From NCBI GenBank assembly GCA_047627215.1, contig JBLHTM010000003.1, forward strand, positions 1 through 52,608: a stretch of DNA of 52,608 bases. The letters are read 5' to 3'. Positions 36,962-45,890 of the stretch are shown here, in pieces. The DNA comes from Rickettsiales bacterium (GTDB taxonomy: Bacteria; Pseudomonadota; Alphaproteobacteria; Rickettsiales; UBA1997). Below the pieces are notes generated by a model. The model did no database searches and was not told where the DNA came from. It was given only the letters and a program-made list of their open reading frames with translations. The stretch's first letter is position 1. Each line of letters begins with the position of its first letter. Made by a program: the position numbers and the translations under genes.

Positions 36962-39142
36962 ATGAAAACCGAAACTACGCAGTATGATCAATGTTTGCTT
37001 GAGGAAAGGACCAACAGTCTTAGGCTCACAAAAGCTCTTACAATCATTCATAATCAGTCTTTTAATATTAATCAAATCCTCCAAATTACACTTGATGAAA
37101 TATGCACTCATATGTCTTGGCCAGTTGGTCACGCCTATCTTTATGACAAAAAAAGTGGATTTTTGACTACCTCTGGATTGTGGTATTTAGAAGATGAGAA
37201 AAAATTTGAGATGTTCAAAGAAGCAACAAAAATGACCGATTTTAAAATAAATGTTGGTGTTTTGGGGAAAATTCTAGAAAGCAAAAAACCACTATGGATT
37301 AAAGATGTGCAAAAAGATGATGATTTTCTGAGAGGAAAAATGGGTTTCAAAATATCTGTTCGCGGCGGATTTACCTTGCCGATTTTGATCGATAATGAAG
37401 TTTTTGGGGTGCTGGAGTTTTATTCTTCCAAAACTTTAGATCCTGATTTGGAAATGACAGACACCATGATCAACATTGCGACTAAATTAAGTATTGCCAT
37501 CCAAAGAAAGCTATCTGACGATAAATTAGAGCTGGATAGGAAATTGATGGAAGAAAATTTTGTAAGTCTAAAAGAGCATGATTCACATTTGGAGGCCTGT
37601 TGGAAAGGATCTAGGGAAGGATCTTGGAGCGTAAACTTAATCACCGGGAAAGTAATATTTTCTGATCGATGGAAGATGATGATTGGCTATGAACCGCAAG
37701 AAATCAGTGACGATTTTGATGAGTGGTCGTCGAGAGTTCATACGGAAGATTACGAGGAGACCCAGGTTGTTATGAATAAGCACTTGAATGGCAAAGGGCC
37801 TTATTTGCAGGAATATAGAATTAAAACTAAATCTGGACAATGGCGCTGGTTTAAATGTAGTGGGCAAGCCTCTTGGGATGAAAATGGAGTTCCATATCGT
37901 TTAGCGGGAGCTTCAACAGATGTTCATGACGAAAAGATGATGGTCGAGGCTTTGATGGCTGCTAAGAGAAAAGCTGAAGATTTTAATCGATCCAAAACAA
38001 ATTTTCTCTCCAATATGAGTCATGAGATTCGCACTCCGATGAATGGAGTTATTGGCATGGCAAGTTTACTGAAAATAACTAAATTGGATGATACTCAAAA
38101 AGAATATGTGCAATTGATATTGGAATCTTCCGATCACTTGATGCAAATCATCAATAACATATTGGACATTTCAAAAATAGAGGCGGGGAAAATTGAGTTG
38201 GAGAATATCGACTTTGATTTGAAGTATACCGCTCAGGAAGTTATTAGTCTTATGAGCACTTCCGCAAAAGATAAGAATATTAATTTCAACCTCCAATATC
38301 CAAAAGAAATCCCAACTCATGCGTTTGGAGATCAGGGTCGTGTTCGGCAAATTTTGTTTAACTTGATAAGTAACGCGATAAAATTTACAGAAGATGGGTC
38401 GATTGACATAATATTCAATCTGGAAAGATTGGAAGGTGGTCGATTGTTTTTTAAAATTTCGGTAAAAGATCAAGGAATTGGCCTTGCTCCAGATAAGCTT
38501 GAGAAAATTTTTAATAAGTTTGACCAAGCTGATATTAGTACCACTAGAAAATTTGGTGGCACTGGACTCGGTCTTCCGATTTGTCGAGAATTGGCGCAAT
38601 TGATGGGTGGAGATATGAGCGTTGAAAGTCGTTTGGGAGAAGGTTCTGATTTTTATTTCACAATCAATCTTGGTGTGGCTGACGATAAATGTGTTGATGT
38701 GGTTGAAGCAAAAGACCAAATTCTTGCGGAGCCGATGAATTTAGAAAACACCAGCATTCTGCTGGCGGAAGATAATAGTGTTAATCAAAAAGTGATGACC
38801 AGCCTCTTGAAAAGGTATGGCTGCTTAGTTACTCCAGCCGGAAATGGTGAAGAGGCAGTTGATCAGGTTCGTAAGCAAAAATTTGATATTATTTTGATGG
38901 ATTGTCAAATGCCAGAAATGGATGGATATGAGGCAACTAAAATCATCAGAGAATTGGAGCGTAAAAAACAACAATCCGCCAATGTTATTATTGCTGTGAC
39001 AGCCCACTCTCTTAAGGGAGATAAAGAAAAATGTTTGGAAGCTGGTATGGATGATTACCTGTCCAAGCCCGTTAATATTAAAAACCTAGAAGATATTTTA
39101 GAGAGATGGGTTGTAGGTAAAAAAAGATCCATTTTGGCATAG
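36962..39142 (+). CDS. Hybrid sensor histidine kinase (GAF - PAS/PAC - HisKA - HATPase_c - receiver)
   Basis: 726 aa with a GAF-like N-terminus (VFGVLEFYSS), PAS/PAC (WSVNLITGKVIFSDRWKMMIGY...YRIKTKSGQWRWF), an H-box (SHEIRTPMNGVIGM), N/G boxes (LISNAIKFT, DQGIGL, GGTGLGLPICREL) and a receiver (ILLAEDNSVNQKV...DIILMDCQMPEMDGYE...AHSLKGDKEKCLEAGMDDYLSKP). Confidence 0.9.
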   Translation: MKTETTQYDQCLLEERTNSLRLTKALTIIHNQSFNINQILQITLDEICTHMSWPVGHAYLYDKKSGFLTTSGLWYLEDEKKFEMFKEATKMTDFKINVGVLGKILESKKPLWIKDVQKDDDFLRGKMGFKISVRGGFTLPILIDNEVFGVLEFYSSKTLDPDLEMTDTMINIATKLSIAIQRKLSDDKLELDRKLMEENFVSLKEHDSHLEACWKGSREGSWSVNLITGKVIFSDRWKMMIGYEPQEISDDFDEWSSRVHTEDYEETQVVMNKHLNGKGPYLQEYRIKTKSGQWRWFKCSGQASWDENGVPYRLAGASTDVHDEKMMVEALMAAKRKAEDFNRSKTNFLSNMSHEIRTPMNGVIGMASLLKITKLDDTQKEYVQLILESSDHLMQIINNILDISKIEAGKIELENIDFDLKYTAQEVISLMSTSAKDKNINFNLQYPKEIPTHAFGDQGRVRQILFNLISNAIKFTEDGSIDIIFNLERLEGGRLFFKISVKDQGIGLAPDKLEKIFNKFDQADISTTRKFGGTGLGLPICRELAQLMGGDMSVESRLGEGSDFYFTINLGVADDKCVDVVEAKDQILAEPMNLENTSILLAEDNSVNQKVMTSLLKRYGCLVTPAGNGEEAVDQVRKQKFDIILMDCQMPEMDGYEATKIIRELERKKQQSANVIIAVTAHSLKGDKEKCLEAGMDDYLSKPVNIKNLEDILERWVVGKKRSILA

Positions 39143-39197
39143 ATTTAATATTTGGCATAATGGCATGGGTCTTGACTAGTTAAGACCATAGAAATAT

Positions 39198-39626
39198 TTA
39201 AACTTCTTCTAATTTTTTCAAATTATCTGCAATCTTTACAATTATTTCATTGATTTTACCTTTCTGGTTTTCATCGATCTTTTTTCCCAATTGTAAATTG
39301 GGATCAATGAAATCATCGATAGAAAAATCTTTGACAGACCCTTCTTCGAGTAGAAAATCGATATTTTCTTGTTTCTTCTCTGAAATTTTTCTTTTTCCAA
39401 GAAGTTTCTGCAATCCCGCAATTGAATAACCTTCATCATGGAGAAGTGATTTTACTTTATGTAGAACTTCCATTTGGGAATCGAAATAATATCTGCGATC
39501 ACCTTTGCCGATTTCCGGTTTTATTTGAGGAAATTTCTCTTCCCAAAAACGAATCACGTGAGTTTTGACGCCAATTTCTTTTGCTGCCCCACCGATTGAT
39601 CTTTTTTTGTCGATTATTTTTTCCAT
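39198..39626 (-). CDS. MerR-family transcriptional regulator
   Basis: 142 aa with a MerR N-terminal HTH (SIGGAAKEIGVKTHVIRFWEEKFPQIKPEIGKGDRRYY). Its start overlaps the upstream DMT gene stop by 1 nt (TAATG). Confidence 0.8.
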   Translation of the reverse strand: MEKIIDKKRSIGGAAKEIGVKTHVIRFWEEKFPQIKPEIGKGDRRYYFDSQMEVLHKVKSLLHDEGYSIAGLQKLLGKRKISEKKQENIDFLLEEGSVKDFSIDDFIDPNLQLGKKIDENQKGKINEIIVKIADNLKKLEEV

Positions 39627-40588
39627 TATTTTCTCCGTTTGATAATTTTTGATATTGTTGATGACATTTTCAAGAAAAATGACCGGCTTTTAGGAATTGC
39701 ACTTCCTTCAGAAAATCCAGAATAAAGATAATATAAAGGCGATTTATTGGTTGCAATTATTGTTCCAAATAAAATTATTATCGCACCTAAAAAAGTGAAT
39801 AAATCTATTTTTTCTCCGAAGAAAAAATAAGCAATAATGGCAGTGAAAATCAATCTTGAAAAATCAAAAGGCTGAACCGCAGAAAGATCAGTTTTTGAAT
39901 AACAAATCGCACTCGCCATGTAGCAACCGTTGGAAATCACTCCAAGCACAACAAACCACATGAAATCAGTAGGAACAATTGGCACTAGATATGGCGCAGA
40001 AATTGGCACAGAAAGGACGAAAATGATCGAAGATAAGTAAAAAGTTATTGTTCCAGGAGTTTCTGTCTTAACTAGTTTTTTGGTCATGATGTTTGAAATC
40101 GACCAAATAAAAGGTGATATTAGAGCGAATACATAGCCGATGTGAAATTCACGAAATCCGGGACGAACAATGATCAAAACACCAATAAACCCAACAATCA
40201 GAGAGATCCAAATTTTTGGATGAACCTCTTCTTTCAAAAAAACAATCGCAGCAATTGTTGTGGTTATCGGCACAATGAAAGTGATTGCAACGGCTTCTGA
40301 AAGCGGAATCAAAGTTATGGTGTGAAACCATATCAACATTCCAACCAAGCCGGTCACGCCGCGAATCAAATGCATTTTGATATGCTTGGTTTTGACAATT
40401 TGCGAAATATTGCCGGCGATAAAAGGTATCAGAAAAGCTAGTGCGAACAAATTACGCATCATAACAATCTGGGCGGGATGAAAATTATTTGCCAAATGAC
40501 GAACAAGAGCAATCATGATCGATATCAAAAAGCAGGTAACAATTGCCCACAATATTCCTTGGGATTTGGCGGAGAGATTTTTATACAT
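39626..40588 (-). CDS. DMT-superfamily (EamA-domain) transporter
   Basis: 320 aa with about 10 TM helices and two EamA-like halves. I cannot infer the substrate. Confidence 0.8.
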   Translation of the reverse strand: MYKNLSAKSQGILWAIVTCFLISIMIALVRHLANNFHPAQIVMMRNLFALAFLIPFIAGNISQIVKTKHIKMHLIRGVTGLVGMLIWFHTITLIPLSEAVAITFIVPITTTIAAIVFLKEEVHPKIWISLIVGFIGVLIIVRPGFREFHIGYVFALISPFIWSISNIMTKKLVKTETPGTITFYLSSIIFVLSVPISAPYLVPIVPTDFMWFVVLGVISNGCYMASAICYSKTDLSAVQPFDFSRLIFTAIIAYFFFGEKIDLFTFLGAIIILFGTIIATNKSPLYYLYSGFSEGSAIPKSRSFFLKMSSTISKIIKRRK

Positions 40589-40618
40589 ATTTTTATTTGG
40601 AAGGGGGCGTCAGGAGGC

Positions 40619-41164
40619 TTACTCGCATAATTCTTTGATTCTCGCGTAAGCTCTGGCAAATCCTTTGAGCTGATATTCATCAATGGCAAAATTTCCAAAC
40701 GATGAGTCACTTCTGACTTTTACAAATGCGTTTCTAAGCATTAATGTGATGATTTCTTTATCATCATAATCGCTTTTTGCCCAAGCCATGTCGCCTTTGG
40801 TGTAAATTTCTTTTTGATTGGCGCCAATCAGCAAATAAATATCACTATTTATTTTATATTCATATCCAGAATAAACGCTTATTTCCTCGTTGCGATTTTT
40901 GTAATAACGCGTGACGGCAAGATATGGTGCGCGAAATGAGGTGTAACTGCTGTTGGTTGTGTGAGGAGCAGATGCAGTGTAACACCTTCTCTCATCCCCT
41001 TCTCCAATTTCATAAACCACCCAACCATAATACATGCTATCAATAACTTGAGCTGAGGCATTACTTTGCAATAAAAAATATTGAGATAAGAGTAGGGATA
41101 GAAAGGTTAATAGATTTATTTTGAAATTTTTTATCACGAAATTATTCTTCAACAATTTCACCAC
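40619..41164 (-). CDS. Exported IalB-family-like (invasion-associated locus B) protein
   Basis: 181 aa with a signal peptide (LLTFLSLLLSQYFLLQSNASA) and the mature pattern W.V....ERRCYT...(long beta region)...YQLKGFARAYARIKELCE, including the conserved Cys pair typical of IalB/PF06776. It uses a GTG start that overlaps the phoU stop region by 23 nt. Confidence 0.45.
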   Translation of the reverse strand: MVKLLKNNFVIKNFKINLLTFLSLLLSQYFLLQSNASAQVIDSMYYGWVVYEIGEGDERRCYTASAPHTTNSSYTSFRAPYLAVTRYYKNRNEEISVYSGYEYKINSDIYLLIGANQKEIYTKGDMAWAKSDYDDKEIITLMLRNAFVKVRSDSSFGNFAIDEYQLKGFARAYARIKELCE

Positions 41165-41804
41165 TCGTTACATATTCAACCATTTCAGCAATATTTGAAG
41201 CGTGATCGGCCAATCTTTCAAAGCTTTTGGCAATAAATAGGATATTTATGATGTTTTGAACTTGATGCTCATCAAAACTTTCTCCCTTGGCGAGTGAAAA
41301 CAGACCTTTGTAGATTTTGTCGATATCGTCATCTTGCTTTAAAACAGATTCTGCTTTATCTAGATTATTCTCATTAAAAGCCTCAACAGATTTCTCCATC
41401 ATCTCTTGGGCAATTTTTAACATTTCAAGTAATGCATCTTTGGTTTTGTTGTCAATTTCATCGTCTAAATGGGCAATTTTTTTGATAATGCTTTTGCATT
41501 TATCTCCCATTCTTTCAAGATTGGCAGAAACTTTTAGGGCGGAAACGATATAACGCAAATCAATTGCCATAGGCTGGCGAAGGGCAAGCATTGCAGTTAC
41601 TTTTCTTTCAGTAAGATTGTCTAAATGATTGATTTTATAATCATGATCAACAATTTTCTGAACGAGATTTTTTTTAGGATCTTCAATGACTTCTTTAACC
41701 ATTGATATTGAAGTTTCTAGAAGATCAACCGTGTAATCCAAGGTTCCAGAAATTGACTGCATGTCTTTATCGTATGATTTGACAGTATGTTGTTTTATTT
41801 GCAT
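41142..41804 (-). CDS. phoU: Phosphate signalling complex protein PhoU
   Basis: 220 aa with two PhoU repeats: LALRQPMAIDLRYIVSALKVSANLERMGD and NILFIAKSFERLADHASNIAE. Confidence 0.9.
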   Translation of the reverse strand: MQIKQHTVKSYDKDMQSISGTLDYTVDLLETSISMVKEVIEDPKKNLVQKIVDHDYKINHLDNLTERKVTAMLALRQPMAIDLRYIVSALKVSANLERMGDKCKSIIKKIAHLDDEIDNKTKDALLEMLKIAQEMMEKSVEAFNENNLDKAESVLKQDDDIDKIYKGLFSLAKGESFDEHQVQNIINILFIAKSFERLADHASNIAEMVEYVTSGEIVEE

Positions 41805-41875
41805 TGGAAAAATTATTTGATGTTATTAAAGTCCCGATCTTTAAATAGATCAGTTAAATTAACTTTAAATAAATT

Positions 41876-43162
41876 ATGAGTAAATACAAAGTTTTGGTTG
41901 TTGGCTCTGGAGGCAGGGAACATGCTATTATCCATCAAATTAAGAAATCATCTTTGCTTGGAGAAATTTTTTATCTTGGGCAAAATGCCAAAATAGAAGA
42001 AATTGCTCAATTGGCAGTTGGAGTTGAAGCTTCAAATCACGCTCAAATTGTTGGTTTTTGTCAGAAACAAAAAATCGATTTAGTCATTATTGGCCCAGAA
42101 CAATCCTTGATAGATGGGTTGGTTGATGATTTACAAAAGGCAAATATTTTGGCTTTTGGGCCAAACAGAAATGCCGCAAGACTTGAGGGATCAAAGGCTT
42201 TCACTAAAAAAGTCTGTGACGATTATCAAATTCCAACCGCAAAATATCAGGCATTTGAAGAGGGACTTGCTGCAATAAGATATCTTGATGATATTGGAGT
42301 TCCTTGCGTGATAAAAGCCGATGGAATTGCAGCTGGAAAAGGTGTGATTATTGCTTTTGATAAAAAAACTGCCATTGACGCAATTAATGATATTTTTGGT
42401 GGGAAATTTGGCAAAGCCGGTAAAAAACTGATTATTGAAGAGTTCTTGAGTGGAGTTGAAGTGAGTTTTTTTGCAATTTGCGATGGAAAAAATGCCAAAA
42501 TTCTAGGATCTGCAGGAGATCATAAAAAAGTTGGCGACGGAGATGTTGGCGCCAATACTGGTGGGATGGGAACCTACAGCCCGTCTCCATTTATTGATAA
42601 AATTTCTGAGGTTAAAATGATGGAAAAATTCATTAATCCAACAATGAAGGCAATGAAGGAAATGGGCTCTCCTTTTGTGGGAATTTTGTTCGCAGGAATA
42701 ATATTGACCAAAGATGGGCCTAAATTATTAGAATTTAACACCAGATTTGGCGATCCTGAAACCCAAGTTTTATTGCCAAGGTTAAAGACTGACTTGTTGA
42801 AATTGATTCTGGAAACTGCGCGCGGAAATTTGTTAAATCAAAAAATAGAATTTCACGACAAATCTGCGGTTTGCGTTATCATGGCAACCAAGGGATATCC
42901 AGAAGCATATTTGAAGGGCAGTGAAATAAGGAATCTCGATGTGGCGGAAAAATCAGGTGATAATATCATAATTTTCCATAGCGGAACCAAGAAAGACGGA
43001 TCAAGAACTTTGGCCAATGGTGGCAGGGTTTTGGGTGTTGTTGCTTTGTCGGATGATATTAGTAGCGCCAAATCGGACGCCTACAAAGCGGTCGATCTGA
43101 TTGATTGGAAAGAGGGTTTTTGTCGAAGAGATATCGCAAGTGGCGCTCAAATTGCTAAATAG
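41876..43162 (+). CDS. purD: Phosphoribosylamine--glycine ligase
   Basis: 428 aa with KVLVVGSGGREHAI, an ATP-grasp fold (VIKADGIAAGKGV), LEFNTRFGDPETQ and GGRVLGV. Confidence 0.95.
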   Translation: MSKYKVLVVGSGGREHAIIHQIKKSSLLGEIFYLGQNAKIEEIAQLAVGVEASNHAQIVGFCQKQKIDLVIIGPEQSLIDGLVDDLQKANILAFGPNRNAARLEGSKAFTKKVCDDYQIPTAKYQAFEEGLAAIRYLDDIGVPCVIKADGIAAGKGVIIAFDKKTAIDAINDIFGGKFGKAGKKLIIEEFLSGVEVSFFAICDGKNAKILGSAGDHKKVGDGDVGANTGGMGTYSPSPFIDKISEVKMMEKFINPTMKAMKEMGSPFVGILFAGIILTKDGPKLLEFNTRFGDPETQVLLPRLKTDLLKLILETARGNLLNQKIEFHDKSAVCVIMATKGYPEAYLKGSEIRNLDVAEKSGDNIIIFHSGTKKDGSRTLANGGRVLGVVALSDDISSAKSDAYKAVDLIDWKEGFCRRDIASGAQIAK

Positions 43163-43164
43163 CT

Positions 43165-43194
43165 AAACTAGATAGTGTAGACACTATCTAGTTT
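43165..43194 (+). terminator. Perfect 13-bp-stem hairpin immediately after purD (candidate intrinsic terminator)
   Basis: aaactagatagtg - taga - cactatctagttt begins 3 nt after the purD stop. A T-rich run (cttgatttt) follows. Confidence 0.55.
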
Positions 43195-43263
43195 CTTGAT
43201 TTTAAACTCACCATAATTACTCTTCTCGCCTTCATTTTCTAACCTTTAAATAAACTAAAATTT

Positions 43264-43662
43264 ATGACCAATTTTCTTTCCGACCTTTTTATTTCCGATA
43301 GCTTTGCGCAAGGCTCTGAAGTGGTTGCTAAAACCTCTGAAGTTGGTTTTTCAAACTTTGTTCCTTTGATTGCAATTTTCTTAGTTTTTTATTTTTTGTT
43401 AATTCGTCCTCAGCAAAAGAAAGTTAAAGAACATCAAAAAACTTTAGGCGCTTTGAAAAAAAATGATAAAGTTCAAACCACCAGCGGAATTTTTGGCGTA
43501 ATCAAGTCAATTGACGAAAAAGACGGCAATGTTCAGTTGGAAATCGCCGAAGGAATTGAAATAAAAATTCTTAAGCAAAGTGTTTCTATCGTTAATGCTG
43601 AAAAAAAATCAGTTACCAAAAAAATACCTGCGGCTAAAAAATCTAACAAAAAAATAAAATAA
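43264..43662 (+). CDS. yajC: Preprotein translocase subunit YajC
   Basis: 132 aa with a TM helix plus the LIRPQQKKVKEHQKTLGALKKNDKVQTTSGIFGVI motif. It lies directly upstream of secD. Confidence 0.85.
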   Translation: MTNFLSDLFISDSFAQGSEVVAKTSEVGFSNFVPLIAIFLVFYFLLIRPQQKKVKEHQKTLGALKKNDKVQTTSGIFGVIKSIDEKDGNVQLEIAEGIEIKILKQSVSIVNAEKKSVTKKIPAAKKSNKKIK

Positions 43663-43663
43663 T

Positions 43664-45226
43664 ATGTTTCGCTTCTCGCCATCAAAAGCCTTTTTGGTTC
43701 TAATTGTTTGTGTTGTGGCAATTTTTTGCGCTCTTCCGAATTTCATTTCTGAAGCTGAAAAATCGACATTTCCATATAAATATTTGCCAAAAGACAAAGT
43801 CAATCTAGGTCTTGATTTGCGTGGCGGGGCGCATCTTTTATTAAAAGTTGATTTTGATTATTATCTAAAAGAGCAATTGGAAAATTTGACCACTGAATTA
43901 AAAAGAGAATTTATTTCAGACGGACTTTATTCAATCGCAAGCATTCAGGATGGTAAAATCAATTTTACTTTCTCGGATGAAGCATATGTTAAAAAAGCTA
44001 AAAAACTCATTCGCAAACTTGACGAAAATGTCGAGATCGACACAAGTGGGGATCAGATTTTCTTGTCTTATTCAGATTCTTATTTGGTGAAATTGCAAAG
44101 AGATCTTGTTGCTCAATCAATTGAGATTGTCCGTCGAAGGGTTGATGAAACTGGAACAAAAGAACCGATAATTCAATCGCAAGGCAAAAGCCGAATCTTA
44201 TTGCAGGTACCAGGAATTAGTGATCCGCAAGGAATCAAAGATCTGCTTGGAAAAACCGCCAAATTAACCTTCCATTTAGTAGTTAATGATTCTTTTGACA
44301 ATGAATTTAGTAAGTACGGCACTGGAAATGATGTAAAGAGAATGCAGGATGTTGATGGCCGACGATATTCAATTAACAAAACCCCAATGTTGACGGGAGA
44401 TTTACTGATTGATGCCAATGCAACTTTCTATGAAGGAGAGCCTGCAGTTTCATTCAGGTTCAACTATCTTGGTGCTCGGAAATTTGCAGAAATAACCACT
44501 AATAATATTGGGCGAGTTTTTGCTGTTGTTTTGGACGGTAAAATTATTACTGCACCAAAAATTAATTCAGTTATTGCGGGCGGAACCGGAGTTATTTCTG
44601 GAAGTTTTACAGCTGACGATGCTAATAATCTTGCTCTATTGCTACGCGCCGGAGCTCTTCCTGCGCCAATTAAGATTATGGAAGAAAGAACGGTTGGGCC
44701 TTCACTCGGAGCTGATTCAATTCGTTATGGAACCAACGCTGCAATTTATGGATTTATTCTTGTCGCCATTTTTATGGTGGTGTTTTATGGATTCTTTGGT
44801 CTGGTTGCCAATATTGCCCTAATCGTCAATATCGCTTTGATTTTGACAGCATTATCATGGTTCGGAGCCACACTAACTCTGCCTGGAATTGCCGGAATAA
44901 TCCTTGTGATTGGCATGGCAGTTGACGCCAATGTGCTGATTTTTGAAAGAATGAAAGAGGAAGTTAGGTCAAATAATAAAAAAATTATCGTGGCGATTGA
45001 CGCCGGATTTTCGCAAGCTTTCAGAACAATTGTCGATTCCAATATCACCACATTGATTATTGCAAGCTTACTTTATATTTTTGGAAGCGGGGCAATTCGT
45101 GGTTTTGCTGTCACTTTGACAATTGGAATTCTGGCCTCAATGTTCTCGGCAATCATCCTCACCAGAACAATAATCTCCATGTGGATCAAATATCGCAAAG
45201 CGCCTTTGCAGAAATTGCCGATCTAA
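43664..45226 (+). CDS. secD: Protein translocase subunit SecD
   Basis: 520 aa with LGLDLRGGAHLLLKV, a periplasmic P1 domain, and a C-terminal six-TM SecD/F core (GIAGIILVIGMAVDANVLIFERMKEE). No secF follows it in this window. Confidence 0.9.
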   Translation: MFRFSPSKAFLVLIVCVVAIFCALPNFISEAEKSTFPYKYLPKDKVNLGLDLRGGAHLLLKVDFDYYLKEQLENLTTELKREFISDGLYSIASIQDGKINFTFSDEAYVKKAKKLIRKLDENVEIDTSGDQIFLSYSDSYLVKLQRDLVAQSIEIVRRRVDETGTKEPIIQSQGKSRILLQVPGISDPQGIKDLLGKTAKLTFHLVVNDSFDNEFSKYGTGNDVKRMQDVDGRRYSINKTPMLTGDLLIDANATFYEGEPAVSFRFNYLGARKFAEITTNNIGRVFAVVLDGKIITAPKINSVIAGGTGVISGSFTADDANNLALLLRAGALPAPIKIMEERTVGPSLGADSIRYGTNAAIYGFILVAIFMVVFYGFFGLVANIALIVNIALILTALSWFGATLTLPGIAGIILVIGMAVDANVLIFERMKEEVRSNNKKIIVAIDAGFSQAFRTIVDSNITTLIIASLLYIFGSGAIRGFAVTLTIGILASMFSAIILTRTIISMWIKYRKAPLQKLPI

Positions 45227-45332
45227 TTAACCGGCAGATTTCTAAATAGAATTCCATATCATATCTAAACCACACTTTTTAAGAGATAATAAGAGGGGTG
45301 GTTTCTATCAAATATCGCATCGATATATTTTC

Positions 45333-45361
45333 TTGCTAAGAATTGATATTTTTGATATAAT
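45333..45361 (+). promoter_or_regulatory. Near-consensus sigma-70-type promoter (TTGCTA - 17 nt - TATAAT)
   Basis: The -35 TTGCTA is at 45333-45338, the spacer is exactly 17 nt, and the -10 TATAAT is at 45356-45361. It lies 44 nt upstream of the ATG at 45405. Confidence 0.45.
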
Positions 45362-45404
45362 GAACGGGTTAATATTCATTTTATCCATTCAAATAAAACA
45401 TATC

Positions 45405-45785
45405 ATGAAAAAAATACTAATCAGTTCATTGCTTTTTTCCCTTTTTGCTTCTGCGGCTTTAGCTCAGGAATCATCAAATTCTAATCAAGAAAGGTTTGAA
45501 AATAACCGAATGGAAAGAAAGGAGAATCTCAACGAAAAAAGAAAAGAAATAAAAGAAAATCGTCAAGAAAGAAGAGAAAATTTTAAAGAAAAGCGTCAGG
45601 AAAAAAGGGAGGATCTTAGAGAAAATCGCCAAGAAAAAAGGAGTGACAGAAAAGAAAATCGGGCCGAAAAAAGAGCGGATCGACAAGATAGCCGCCAAGA
45701 AAGAAAGAGTGATCGCGTGACAAAAAGATCAGATCGCAAAGAGGCTAAATCTCAAAAAAGAAGCGAAAGAAGATCTAATCGTTAA
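45405..45785 (+). CDS. Secreted, highly charged (Arg/Glu/Lys/Asp) repeat protein; function unknown
   Basis: I trimmed the track ORF (45333) to the ATG at 45405, which gives a clean signal peptide (MKKILISSLLFSLFASAALAQ). The mature part is ~100 aa of degenerate repeats (ENRQERRENFKEKRQEKREDLRENRQEKRSDRKENRAEKRADRQDSRQERKSDR...). Confidence 0.6.
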   Translation: MKKILISSLLFSLFASAALAQESSNSNQERFENNRMERKENLNEKRKEIKENRQERRENFKEKRQEKREDLRENRQEKRSDRKENRAEKRADRQDSRQERKSDRVTKRSDRKEAKSQKRSERRSNR

Positions 45786-45799
45786 ATGTTTTAGTTATC

Positions 45800-45830
45800 G
45801 CCTGATGGATTAATTCTTAATTCATCAGGC
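45800..45830. terminator. Hairpin between convergent genes (possible bidirectional terminator)
   Basis: gcctgatg (45800-45807) pairs with catcaggc (45823-45830) around an AT-rich 15-nt loop. There is no flanking T-tract on either strand, so support is weak. Confidence 0.3.
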
Positions 45831-45890
45831 AAATAAGCACTTCCCTACCAACCTTTTCCCAAGAAAGATATTTTAAGCGCCTATCAACTT

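Noticed and set aside
39168-39187. A short hairpin (ggtctt-gactagtt-aagacc) between the convergent histidine kinase and MerR genes, as a bidirectional terminator.
   Set aside because: The stem is only 6 bp with no adjacent T- or A-tract, so it is too weak to call.
45333-45404. The TTG start at 45333 for the charged repeat protein.
   Set aside because: That TTG is the -35 hexamer of a near-consensus promoter. Starting at the ATG at 45405 gives a clean N-terminal signal peptide.
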